Positions 1 to 7,880 of a stretch of DNA of 16,802 nucleotides are shown here, piece after piece. The DNA comes from Abditibacteriaceae bacterium (GTDB lineage: Bacteria; Armatimonadota; Abditibacteriia; Abditibacteriales; Abditibacteriaceae): the NCBI GenBank assembly GCA_031372065.1, contig JANMKN010000155.1, positions 1 to 16,802 of the forward strand, in the 5' to 3' direction. Numbering within the stretch: the stretch's first letter is position 1; every line of letters starts with the position of its first letter. The position numbers and the translations under genes were made by a program. Below the pieces are notes generated by a model. It saw only the letters and a program-made list of their open reading frames with translations. It had not been told where the DNA came from and made no database searches.

Positions 1-129
1 CTCAACTTTCGCACCCATCTCAAGCGATTGCAGCGCAAAACCATTTGCTTTTCCAAATCACTCGAAATGCACCAAGCCGTCATCAAACTATACATCCATG
101 CCCTCAATTCAAAACAGCATCACTTCTGA
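1..129 (+). CDS. insB: IS1-family transposase (InsB-type DDE), C-terminal end; truncated by the window edge
   Basis: Frame +1 translates as LNFRTHLKRLQRKTICFSKSLEMHQAVIKLYIHALNSKQHHF*, with TGA at 127-129. This matches the InsB C-terminal motif 'NLxxRxxLKRLxR(K/R)TICFSKSxxMH'. Not in the ORF track because it has no start codon in the window. Confidence 0.9.
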   Translation, partial: LNFRTHLKRLQRKTICFSKSLEMHQAVIKLYIHALNSKQHHF

Positions 130-138
130 AACACGACC
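118..138 (-). repeat. Putative right terminal inverted repeat (IRR) of the IS1-family element
   Basis: Reads GGTCGTGTTTCAGAAGTGATG inward from 138. The IRL is outside the window, so the inner boundary is approximate. Confidence 0.6.
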
Positions 139-188
139 AAGAAATGCAGCCGTTCGGGGGCAGCGCAATGACGTTGTTTCGGTAGTGC

Positions 189-2087
189 TTAAGGCTTGAT
201 TTCACCGTTCTCCACCTTGATGTTATTGGCCTTGAGCAGCGCCTTTGCCTCTTCAATTCGCCGCTTCCGGTCATCGGCCTGCAAAGCCAAGATCAGCTCT
301 CTGTGTTCTGCGGCATCAAGGAGATCGGGCGTCTTGGTTTTCTTGCCGGTGTAGATTTCATACATCTCGGCGAGCGTCCATGTGTCATTGCGCTGCGTGT
401 CGAAGGGCAGGCCTGTGTTGTCGGTGGATTTTAGGTTCTCCAGGGGGTTTCTGGCCCAGGCGTAACGAAAAAAGAGCGGTTCCGTCACCAATGGACTGCT
501 GAGCACGACTGTGGTGCGCTCCCAGTTCGGGCCGCCGTTGCCAGCATTTTTGTCGAGCCACTGCGCCTTGGCCGGTTGGAAACGCCCGTCTTTTCCGGCA
601 ATGGCGAACCCTTGAATTGGGCCATCGTTGAACGGGCCTGCCCATGTGTCGAGCTGCAAGATGATTTTTCCGTCGCCTGTTTTCACTTCCTTAAGCTGTG
701 GAGGAAGCCAGCGAACCGGCTTTGCATATTGCGTTGCCAAGGCCCAGGCAGCGATGCGTTCGCCCACAGGAATCTTGATTTGCGGATGATACCAAGCGCG
801 GTGCTGATCGAAACTGCTCGCATAGCCGATGGTTTTGTCGCCCGCCTTGCGCAGGTTAAGGAACGTCTGCAAGTGCGCTTCGCGGACGTAGATTCCTTCA
901 TCCGCCATTTTCGGCAAAAAGTCGTCGAGGGTCTGCGGTTCGCCTTCGGTCTCCTGAGTAAGGATCCCGAACGGCATGGTCGGATCATTGAAGGCTCCGC
1001 GCCACGCCTTGATCATTTCAGGAAAAACCCGCGCATACAATTTGTGGCCATTGGGCTGGGCGGACTCGTTGTAGCCCTGATGCCAGATGGCGCCCTTGAT
1101 TGAAAGTCCGGCCACGGGGGCGAGCATGGACGCGAACATATTGCCGGGCCGGTTCATGTCCAGCGCCGGGCCGGGTTGCAAATCGGTCGGCGCTGTGCGG
1201 TCAGCCGGAATAGGTTTGCCATCGGCCTTCATGCGGGCGGCCCAATCGTTGAATTGCTTGACCCGATTTTCGAGGTCTCTCTGGGGACTATACTCGGCGA
1301 CTTTTTTGTCCCATTCGGCGAGCGTGCCTTTGACCTCTGATGTGTCGAGGGTCTTTAAAACTTCCGTGGGTGTCCAGCTTACCAAGCTTGTCCCGCCGCG
1401 CGACACGTCCACCACCCCGATTGGAATTTGCGTCGCCATGTGAAGGCGTCGCGCAAAGATATAGCCGATGCCCGACATTTCGCCCACCGTTTCCGGCGAG
1501 CAGACATCCCAGTAACCCTGCCGGAAGTGTTGGTCGAAAAATGCAATCCATTGATATTGACGAGGAAACGAGTTCTTGATCTCCGGGCCGTTTTGCTGCG
1601 GCACGCTAAAGAGCCGGATGTTCTTGAAGTTGGCGGAGGCGATTTCGAGAGGGCCGCCTTCGACTTTGTGAATCTCAAACTCCATATTGCTCTGGCCGCC
1701 AAGCAACCAGAGGTCGCCAACAAGAATGTTTTCCAGTTCGATTTTTTTGTCCGCGCCCTGAACCACCATCGTTCGCGGCTCTGAACTGGCAGGCGGGGCC
1801 GGCAGTTCCACTTTCCACGACCTGTCGGCGGCGGCGGTGCTGGGTTGCGTTTTTTCGCCAAAGGTGACCGTGACCGTCTCCCCCGGCGCAGCCCAACCCC
1901 ACACTCGTATCGGCTTGTCGCGCTGAATAACCATGTTCGACTGGAACAAATTGTGAACACACAAGCCACCACCGATGGCGGGAGTGTCAATGCGGTCTTT
2001 TCCGCGTTCCAATTTGTCCGCAGCATAGGCAGGCGTTGTTATGAAGGATGAGGTCAGGCCGGCCAGCAACAGGAGTGTGGTTTTCAT
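189..2087 (-). CDS. Secreted sialate O-acetylesterase (SASA/SGNH) family protein, 632 aa
   Basis: Signal peptide (MKTTLLLLAGL...AYA). Family motifs: 'LFQSNMVIQRDKPIRVWG', 'ILVGDLWLLGGQSNME' (catalytic Ser), 'IPIGVVDVSRGGT', 'IKGAIWHQG', 'HPQIKIPVGERIA', 'GFAIAGKDGRFQPA', 'RYAWARNP'. Confidence 0.9.
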   Translation of the reverse strand: MKTTLLLLAGLTSSFITTPAYAADKLERGKDRIDTPAIGGGLCVHNLFQSNMVIQRDKPIRVWGWAAPGETVTVTFGEKTQPSTAAADRSWKVELPAPPASSEPRTMVVQGADKKIELENILVGDLWLLGGQSNMEFEIHKVEGGPLEIASANFKNIRLFSVPQQNGPEIKNSFPRQYQWIAFFDQHFRQGYWDVCSPETVGEMSGIGYIFARRLHMATQIPIGVVDVSRGGTSLVSWTPTEVLKTLDTSEVKGTLAEWDKKVAEYSPQRDLENRVKQFNDWAARMKADGKPIPADRTAPTDLQPGPALDMNRPGNMFASMLAPVAGLSIKGAIWHQGYNESAQPNGHKLYARVFPEMIKAWRGAFNDPTMPFGILTQETEGEPQTLDDFLPKMADEGIYVREAHLQTFLNLRKAGDKTIGYASSFDQHRAWYHPQIKIPVGERIAAWALATQYAKPVRWLPPQLKEVKTGDGKIILQLDTWAGPFNDGPIQGFAIAGKDGRFQPAKAQWLDKNAGNGGPNWERTTVVLSSPLVTEPLFFRYAWARNPLENLKSTDNTGLPFDTQRNDTWTLAEMYEIYTGKKTKTPDLLDAAEHRELILALQADDRKRRIEEAKALLKANNIKVENGEIKP

Positions 2088-2272
2088 GGTTGTTCTTTTC
2101 GGTTTCCTCTATGCTTGACCTGCGAAACAGCGCCCGGCACAAAAATCAGCCCGTCAACGAACTCGTTGGTTTTGAAAAACGCCGCGTCGCACACCGGCTT
2201 TCCGGCGAGCGTGAGGTTCTCTAAAGTGGTGGTTACGGCTGAGGGTTTTGTGGTCATGATTTTGTCTCTCAT
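2084..2272 (-). pseudogene. 62-aa bridging ORF, probable 3' remnant of a deleted gene
   Basis: ATG (2272-2270) overlaps the upstream TAA (TAATG). Its TGA (2086-2084) overlaps the downstream ATG (ATGA). The segment 'LENLTLAGKPV...FKTNEFVDGLIF' resembles, by my recollection, the C-terminal tail of pectin-lyase-fold/GH28-like beta-helix proteins. Confidence 0.4.
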
Positions 2273-2281
2273 TATTTTGTC
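2255..2281. repeat. Tandem 12-bp direct repeat (period 15), half of a REP-like element
   Basis: CATGATTTTGTC (2255-2266) and CATTATTTTGTC (2270-2281) differ by 1 mismatch. The second copy overlaps the stop codon of the 984-aa gene. Confidence 0.55.
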
Positions 2282-5226
2282 ATGGCCAGAACCGGCACCT
2301 CGCAAAACGTCAACGCGGCGATGCCGCTCTCGCCCAACAGCAGCGTGTCTTGGTTCCAGTTGGCTTCTTTGAGATAGGTAATCTCCTTGGCCGCGCTGGG
2401 CGCTTTCAATTTCAGCGTCAGCACGTTGCCGGCGACGCTGCCGGAGGCGACTTTGTCCTTTTCGCCGTCCAGATAAAACTGCCCGGCCAGCGCGTCAAAC
2501 CAGACCACGGGCTGATCGAATTCCAACGCGATGCTGTCGCGGGTGGCGCTGAACGTCGCGGCGCGCAGATTCGGCGGCGTAATGGACGCGGCGGGCACTT
2601 TGCCGTAGTTGTCGCGCTCGATGAGCGGCTGAATCAGGCGCGCGAATTCGGCCCAGCCGACCAGCGGGAAGTGGCAGCCACCGGGCGGGCGCACGCCCAA
2701 TGTGGACATGATGCGCATGTTGGAATAAAGCGAGGGCAAGGCGCGTTGCTTCTCGCGCAGCCTGTCGCCGGAGCCTTTGTTACCGGCCATGCTACAGGAG
2801 TTGGGCCAGATTTGGAAGATGTAAAAGTGCTGCACGTTGGGGAAATCCTGCTCCCACGCCGCCGACATTTCCAGAAAACAGCGCTGATAATTTTCCCAAC
2901 CGAAGCCACCTGTCGGGCCGTCCGCGCCTTGATCGCTTTCGCCCTGATGCCACAAAATGCCGCGAATACCGTGCGTCAGCTTGGCTTGCTGCACGCGCCA
3001 CAGCATTCGCCCGTAAATGGAGGAAAGGTCGGTCGGGTCGGCGGCGCTGCGCTGATGCTGGTCAATGCGCGTGCCGCCCACAGCGCCATTGACGATGAAA
3101 ATCGGCATCTTTTGGCTGTCCACCAAACGCTTGGCCAGCTCCATGCCCCACCAACCGAGTTCGGCTTTTTCGCCCTTTTCGGCTTTCCACACCGGCTTGC
3201 ACCACAGGTTGCCTTGTCCGTCTTTGGCGTTGCCGTTCGGACGGCCATAACTGCGAATCCACTCGCTCGTTTCCGGCGGCGATTTCTCGCCGGTATCCGT
3301 CGCAAGGGCGTTCGATTGGCCCTCAATGATGTAGGCATCGCCGCACACGATGTCATTTACCGTTTGCAACACGGTTTCGGCGCCGCTGCCGAATTCGACT
3401 TTGTATTTAATCAGGCCGGGTTTGAGCTTGACCGCGAAGGCGTAGCTTTTGTCTGCGCCGATTTTGCGCGTCTCGGTTTTGATAAGTTTGTCGTCGGCGT
3501 AAAGTTTGAGAAACACCGAATCGGCGGGCGTTTCCAGCGTGCCGTTGTAGAAAAGTGTGCCTTCGTTTTTGTCGTCGCGCGCGTAAAATTGGCCGTCTTC
3601 GGGCTTTTCGTATTTGGCAGGCTTGCGCGCTTGCCAGGCGTCACGTTGAGGTTCAGTTACGACAATCGTCGCCGACTGCGAAATCGGCAATCCGCCATTG
3701 CTGATAGTGGCCGTTACCGTCATTTTTCCGCTGTTTAAGGCGCGCAAAAGCCGCAATTTAGCGGGAGAGGCTTCTTTGATAACGGCAAACGGCGCGATGC
3801 TCCAAGTTACCTTCACTTCACCCGCGCCTTTGGCCTGCATCGCGGCGAGATTGGTTATTTGCGGCGTGACTTCAAGCGGCGTGCGCCCGTCCCATTTGGC
3901 AGGTGCTTTGAGCGTGAATTGCGGTTCAGAAATCGCTTCCTTGATGGTGATGGCTATGTCTTTGGTCTTCACGCCATCGGCGAAAACGGCTTTGAGTTGC
4001 AGGCTGGCGCTTTGATCGCCCCGCACGCGGCCTGCGCCGAAGGTGTATTGAAAGCGGTCTGTAGCGACGATATTTTCGGTGCCGCCCTGTTTGAGAATCC
4101 AAAACAGTTTTTGCGCGCCGCCCGCCTGTGCGGTAACGGTGGCGCTTTGGCCTTCGGAAACTGTGATATTGGCCGAGGAAACCGCGAACGTCGCGCCGGA
4201 TTGGACAATCGGCCCGACTAAACTTTGCTGCGGCTTTTGGTTTTCGTATTCCAGCTTAATCCAGTCGGCAGAGCGCACCACTTTGGAAAGGCGCACTTCG
4301 TCGAGATCGCCCACGAAATCGTAGTTGTTATACCAGCCGCCCAGCCACAGCCGCGCCGGGGTTTTGATGTCTAATGTGGGCTTGGCGGCGCCGTCCAATT
4401 GGCCGTTGATGTAGATTTTGCCTTCGCCATTGGCGTAGGTGTGAACGACTTGAATCCACTGGCCCAACGCGAGCGTGCTGGCCGCGTCCACGTCGGAAAA
4501 ATCGCTGTCAATGTGCAAATGCGGCGGGCTGCGAAACTGCATTCGCACCTTGCTGCCGCGCCCGCCGCCTTCGTTGCCCCAGCCGATAATCGTGGCGTTT
4601 GGCTTCTCGGCGCGAAACCACGCCTCTGTGCTGTGCGGCGCGTCGCCGACGGGCAGATTCGGGATTTTATCGCCGCAAAACACGCCTTTTTGGTCTGCAA
4701 AATGCCGCGCCTTGCCGATCATGCCCGCCGTTGCAGTTGTGCCGTTGTCTTTCGATTCGAGCGTGCCGGTTTCATCGGCCACCGTTTCGCCCATATGCCA
4801 CACGCTGGCGTAGCCGTTGGCTTCGTTAAAAACGGCTTTGGCGTTCGATTCGCTTTGCGCGTCGGCCTTGCCCCAGTGCATCTTCAAAAACTGGCGCGCG
4901 TTGCCTTCAATCTTCGGCACACGCACCCAAATGCTGGCTTCTCCACGCGCGGCGTCCCATTCTTCGATCTGAAATGGCAAGGCCGCGCCGTTGCTGTCGC
5001 TAAAGCGAATATCTTCGCCGTTCGGCTTGGCCTGAGCGAAATCGAACCAGTCTTTATGCAGGCGCACCAGCAGAGGGAAGTTTTCCAGCGTCGCGCCTGT
5101 CGGAAGGCCCGCGCCTTCGGGCGTGGTGAGAACGGTGAGTTCTCCGCTATGTTGCCATCCTTGCGGTTGGGCGAAAGCGGACGTTGAAACGAGCAAGACG
5201 GCGGCGAGGAGATGCAGAGTTTTCAT
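2272..5226 (-). CDS. Secreted multidomain protein: DUF2341 + LamG/ConA-like lectin + Ig-like repeats + SASA (SGNH) acetylesterase, 984 aa
   Basis: Signal peptide (...STSAFA). DUF2341-like 'FPLLVRL...NGEDIRFSD...LPFQIEEW...IWVRVP'. LamG 'STEAWF...W..VVHTY...KIYINGQL...FVGDLDEVRLS...SADWIKLEYENQ'. SASA 'GDAYIIEGQSNA', 'NGAVGGT', 'ILWHQGESD'. Confidence 0.88.
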   Translation of the reverse strand: MKTLHLLAAVLLVSTSAFAQPQGWQHSGELTVLTTPEGAGLPTGATLENFPLLVRLHKDWFDFAQAKPNGEDIRFSDSNGAALPFQIEEWDAARGEASIWVRVPKIEGNARQFLKMHWGKADAQSESNAKAVFNEANGYASVWHMGETVADETGTLESKDNGTTATAGMIGKARHFADQKGVFCGDKIPNLPVGDAPHSTEAWFRAEKPNATIIGWGNEGGGRGSKVRMQFRSPPHLHIDSDFSDVDAASTLALGQWIQVVHTYANGEGKIYINGQLDGAAKPTLDIKTPARLWLGGWYNNYDFVGDLDEVRLSKVVRSADWIKLEYENQKPQQSLVGPIVQSGATFAVSSANITVSEGQSATVTAQAGGAQKLFWILKQGGTENIVATDRFQYTFGAGRVRGDQSASLQLKAVFADGVKTKDIAITIKEAISEPQFTLKAPAKWDGRTPLEVTPQITNLAAMQAKGAGEVKVTWSIAPFAVIKEASPAKLRLLRALNSGKMTVTATISNGGLPISQSATIVVTEPQRDAWQARKPAKYEKPEDGQFYARDDKNEGTLFYNGTLETPADSVFLKLYADDKLIKTETRKIGADKSYAFAVKLKPGLIKYKVEFGSGAETVLQTVNDIVCGDAYIIEGQSNALATDTGEKSPPETSEWIRSYGRPNGNAKDGQGNLWCKPVWKAEKGEKAELGWWGMELAKRLVDSQKMPIFIVNGAVGGTRIDQHQRSAADPTDLSSIYGRMLWRVQQAKLTHGIRGILWHQGESDQGADGPTGGFGWENYQRCFLEMSAAWEQDFPNVQHFYIFQIWPNSCSMAGNKGSGDRLREKQRALPSLYSNMRIMSTLGVRPPGGCHFPLVGWAEFARLIQPLIERDNYGKVPAASITPPNLRAATFSATRDSIALEFDQPVVWFDALAGQFYLDGEKDKVASGSVAGNVLTLKLKAPSAAKEITYLKEANWNQDTLLLGESGIAALTFCEVPVLAMTK

Positions 5227-5247
5227 GGAAATTTGGAGGACAACTTT

Positions 5248-7719
5248 CTATTTGTCAACGCTTCGCAGTTCCGGCTGTTCGGTGGCGGCTTCGATGCTTT
5301 TGATGGCGTCTTTGACGGCGTTGACGCGGCGGTCGTTGATTTCGCCGCCGGGAAATTCCCGCCGTTTGACCTGGTCGTTGAGTTCATCAATCAGCTCTTT
5401 GAGTTGCGGAATGACCTCGCGGGCGGCGGTGCCGTAGCTCACGAGGTATTTCATGATTTCGCCGGTGCGACTTTCGCTGCCGTGACCGCCCTGCGTTTTC
5501 GCGTAACGAACGCCCGCCGCGATGCCTTCTTTGAAGTGAAACTTCGCCAAGGCTTGAAAAGCCGCCATGCGAATCGCGTTGTTGAACATCGTGTCTGCCG
5601 GAGCCGGCTTTTCGATGGCCTCAAGAATTTCGGGGGCTAATGCCTGCAAGTCTTCGAGCTTCAACTGGTTGGCGAGCGTGTTGGACAGCGTGCCGCGCGC
5701 CATGCCGTCGGCGTTTTGTGCGATGGCTTCAATCGCGGGATAAAGCAGCTTGGTGTCAATGCCTTCGATGGAGCCGCGCAGCAAACCGCCAAACAGCGCC
5801 GCCGCCAATTGGCCGTGCGTAAGCTGCACAGGGTCTTCCCACACCACGGGAAAGGCCGGTTCGGCGGTGGTGACCACGGCTTTGAGCATGTCAGTGACAA
5901 CCGGCTTGGCTTGGTCGCCCATGCCTTTGAGCGCTTCGGCGGCCTTGACGCGCAGCCAGCGGTCGGGGTGAACCAGCAATCGCACCAAAACCGGCAGCGC
6001 TTCGTTTGTTTTGAGGTAGCCCAGCGTTTCGGCGGCGCCTTGGCGTTTCCACGCATCCGGGCCTTCGGCCATCGTAATCAGCGCGGGAATCATGGTTTTT
6101 GCTTCGGGACGCTTGGAAAGCTCCTCGGCGGCCAAGCTTCGCACCACCGGCGACCAGTCGCTGAGTGAAGTCAGCAGTTCGGGCACCGTTTTTTTCTCGC
6201 GCACTTCGTAGAAATTGCCGGAAAAAATGGCTTCGTCCACGCTTTTTTGATTCAGAATGTTGGCGGGGTCGGCATCTTTGCCGGTGATCCACAGCTTTTT
6301 CAGCGCCAGCGAATACGTCAAAACGTAGCTGGCCGTCGGACTCAGGCCGTTGTAGCTGCTTTTGCCGTAATAAGTGTTGTCGTCGGTTTTGCCGGGGCCA
6401 TATTGCTCGGCGCCGTCGTAGGTGAATGAGCCGTCATTGCGGCGCACCAAATCAAGATGCCACGCGGCTTGATGGAAGAAAGCCGAAGCCGCCAACGGGC
6501 CGCCCGCGTTCGCGCCGAGAGCGCCCCACAGATAGCTGAAGCCTTGTCCGGTATGGCCGTATTCGCGGTTGTGAAACGACGCCGTGACCATCTTGGCGTA
6601 GTAGCGGGCTTCGCGGGAATGTTTGGGCAAAACCGCGAACATCACGGCGGCCATCGCATTTTTGCCGTTGTTATCGTGGCTGGCCCACGGCATATGTTCG
6701 CCGTAGGGCACCGCGCCTTTGCCCACGAAATACGCGAAAAACTTCGCCGCACGATCAACGGCATCGTCCACTTCCGGGTCTTTGACGCCGCAGCGTTTGC
6801 CCATGATAATGGACATATTGGCGACGAGGCCCGCCGAATTGAGCGCGCCATAAGGAGGAATCGAGCCGTGCAGTTTACCTTCCGGGGTTGGCGCCGAAAT
6901 GCCGTGTCCGAAGGTGCCATACATGCTCTGACCTTTGGCCATCGTCACGGTGTAGGCGGTGATGGCGGGCAGCACTTCGGCGTCGTGCGTGGTCTGGTAA
7001 TATTCGCAGAGAAACAGGTTTTTATAGCCCCAATCCCAAATCACCATGCCGACGGCGTCTTTGAGTTCCAATTTCGCCGCCAGAGGCGCGATTTGGTGCG
7101 CGTAATCGGTGATTTTCGGCAGATATTCCGGCTTTCCCGTCGAAAGCAGCGCCAAACAGTTGATCGCGCCCCAAATGTCGCCCTTAATCGGCTCTTTTTC
7201 CAAAACTTTGCAGGCTTCCTCGAAAATCCGCTTCGATTTCGGGCAGTTATACGGCGCCGTGGCGCTATACGAACCCATCACGCGCAGTTTGAGTTGCACG
7301 TCTTCGACGGCGCCTGCGCGCCAGCGCGTGAGCTTGAGAATGCCGCCATTTTCAGTTTTTTCGGCTTCGGTGATGGCGGCGCCAAACGTCTTGCGCGCGT
7401 CGTCGCTGAACGGCTTGCCGCCCACGCCGAGAAGGATGTCGTCCACCTGCATCACGCCGTCGGCGGGCGAATTCGCGCCGACGTGCGTCACCAAAATCTG
7501 GCGGCTGACCGTCGTGGTGCGCCCTTCCTGACTGTCGCGGAAATTCGCCGCGCGCGTGTAAATCCAGCCGCGCAAGCCCGTCGAACCCAAATTGTAAGTC
7601 AGTTCCCGATCAACCTTGCTGTCCTGCGTCAAATCGGGATTAGTTTTGGGCATTTCCGCGTGGGCGGCAGCAGCGACGGCAAGGCCGATAAACAGCGCGA
7701 TACGACGAAGAAATAGCAT
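5248..7719 (-). CDS. Secreted DUF6288-like protein with N-terminal PDZ-like domain, helical core and C-terminal HEAT repeats, 823 aa
   Basis: Signal peptide (...AAAAHA) and AAGGA RBS upstream. 'YNLGSTGLRGWIY' followed by PDZ-like 'ILVTHVGANSPADGVMQVDDILLGVGG'. Core motifs 'YGEH', 'GHTGQGFS', 'DGSF'. HEAT repeats 'PVVRSLAAEELS', 'KRQGAAETLG', 'WLRVKAAEALKGMG'. Confidence 0.78.
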   Translation of the reverse strand: MLFLRRIALFIGLAVAAAAHAEMPKTNPDLTQDSKVDRELTYNLGSTGLRGWIYTRAANFRDSQEGRTTTVSRQILVTHVGANSPADGVMQVDDILLGVGGKPFSDDARKTFGAAITEAEKTENGGILKLTRWRAGAVEDVQLKLRVMGSYSATAPYNCPKSKRIFEEACKVLEKEPIKGDIWGAINCLALLSTGKPEYLPKITDYAHQIAPLAAKLELKDAVGMVIWDWGYKNLFLCEYYQTTHDAEVLPAITAYTVTMAKGQSMYGTFGHGISAPTPEGKLHGSIPPYGALNSAGLVANMSIIMGKRCGVKDPEVDDAVDRAAKFFAYFVGKGAVPYGEHMPWASHDNNGKNAMAAVMFAVLPKHSREARYYAKMVTASFHNREYGHTGQGFSYLWGALGANAGGPLAASAFFHQAAWHLDLVRRNDGSFTYDGAEQYGPGKTDDNTYYGKSSYNGLSPTASYVLTYSLALKKLWITGKDADPANILNQKSVDEAIFSGNFYEVREKKTVPELLTSLSDWSPVVRSLAAEELSKRPEAKTMIPALITMAEGPDAWKRQGAAETLGYLKTNEALPVLVRLLVHPDRWLRVKAAEALKGMGDQAKPVVTDMLKAVVTTAEPAFPVVWEDPVQLTHGQLAAALFGGLLRGSIEGIDTKLLYPAIEAIAQNADGMARGTLSNTLANQLKLEDLQALAPEILEAIEKPAPADTMFNNAIRMAAFQALAKFHFKEGIAAGVRYAKTQGGHGSESRTGEIMKYLVSYGTAAREVIPQLKELIDELNDQVKRREFPGGEINDRRVNAVKDAIKSIEAATEQPELRSVDK

Positions 7720-7746
7720 AAATTTCCTTGAAATCGAAGTCGGGAG

Positions 7747-7874
7747 AATAGAACACGGATTTCACGGAAACGACACGGATAAACACGGATTTTTTTGGAG
7801 AATGAGTAACGCCAAAAGCATCTGCATCATTTCTGTGAAAATCCGTGTCGTTTCCGTGAAATCCGTGTTCTATT
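7747..7874. repeat. REP-like/MITE-like long inverted repeat: 34-bp perfect arms with a 60-bp spacer, built from CACGGA units
   Basis: 7747-7780 AATAGAACACGGATTTCACGGAAACGACACGGAT is the exact reverse complement of 7841-7874 ATCCGTGTCGTTTCCGTGAAATCCGTGTTCTATT. It fills most of the 7720-7880 intergenic gap. Confidence 0.92.
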
Positions 7875-7880
7875 GAAAAA

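Larger units (their letters stand above)
1..138 (+). mobile_element. IS1-family insertion sequence, right end
   Basis: The transposase 3' end is followed by ...CACTTCTGAAACACGACC ending at 138. The reverse complement, GGTCGTGTTTCAGAAG, has the GGT-n-GTG start typical of IS1-family terminal inverted repeats, and the stop codon lies inside the repeat. Confidence 0.8.

Noticed and set aside
139..170. Possible intrinsic terminator after the esterase gene
   Set aside because: Only a short mismatched stem (GCC/GGC, TGC/GCA) and a weak U tract; insufficient to call.
181..188. GGTAGTGC resembling a second IS1 end
   Set aside because: Only ~7 nt of similarity, running straight into the esterase stop codon; likely chance.
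189..2087. Impression that this gene's codon usage differs from its neighbours (separate acquisition)
   Set aside because: I could not quantify this by eye; it needs a GC3/codon-usage calculation.
7747..7874. CRISPR array or ncRNA interpretation of the CACGGA repeats
   Set aside because: There are no unique spacers of regular length and no cas genes. The structure is an inverted repeat with short internal units. No tRNA, rRNA or riboswitch consensus was recognised.
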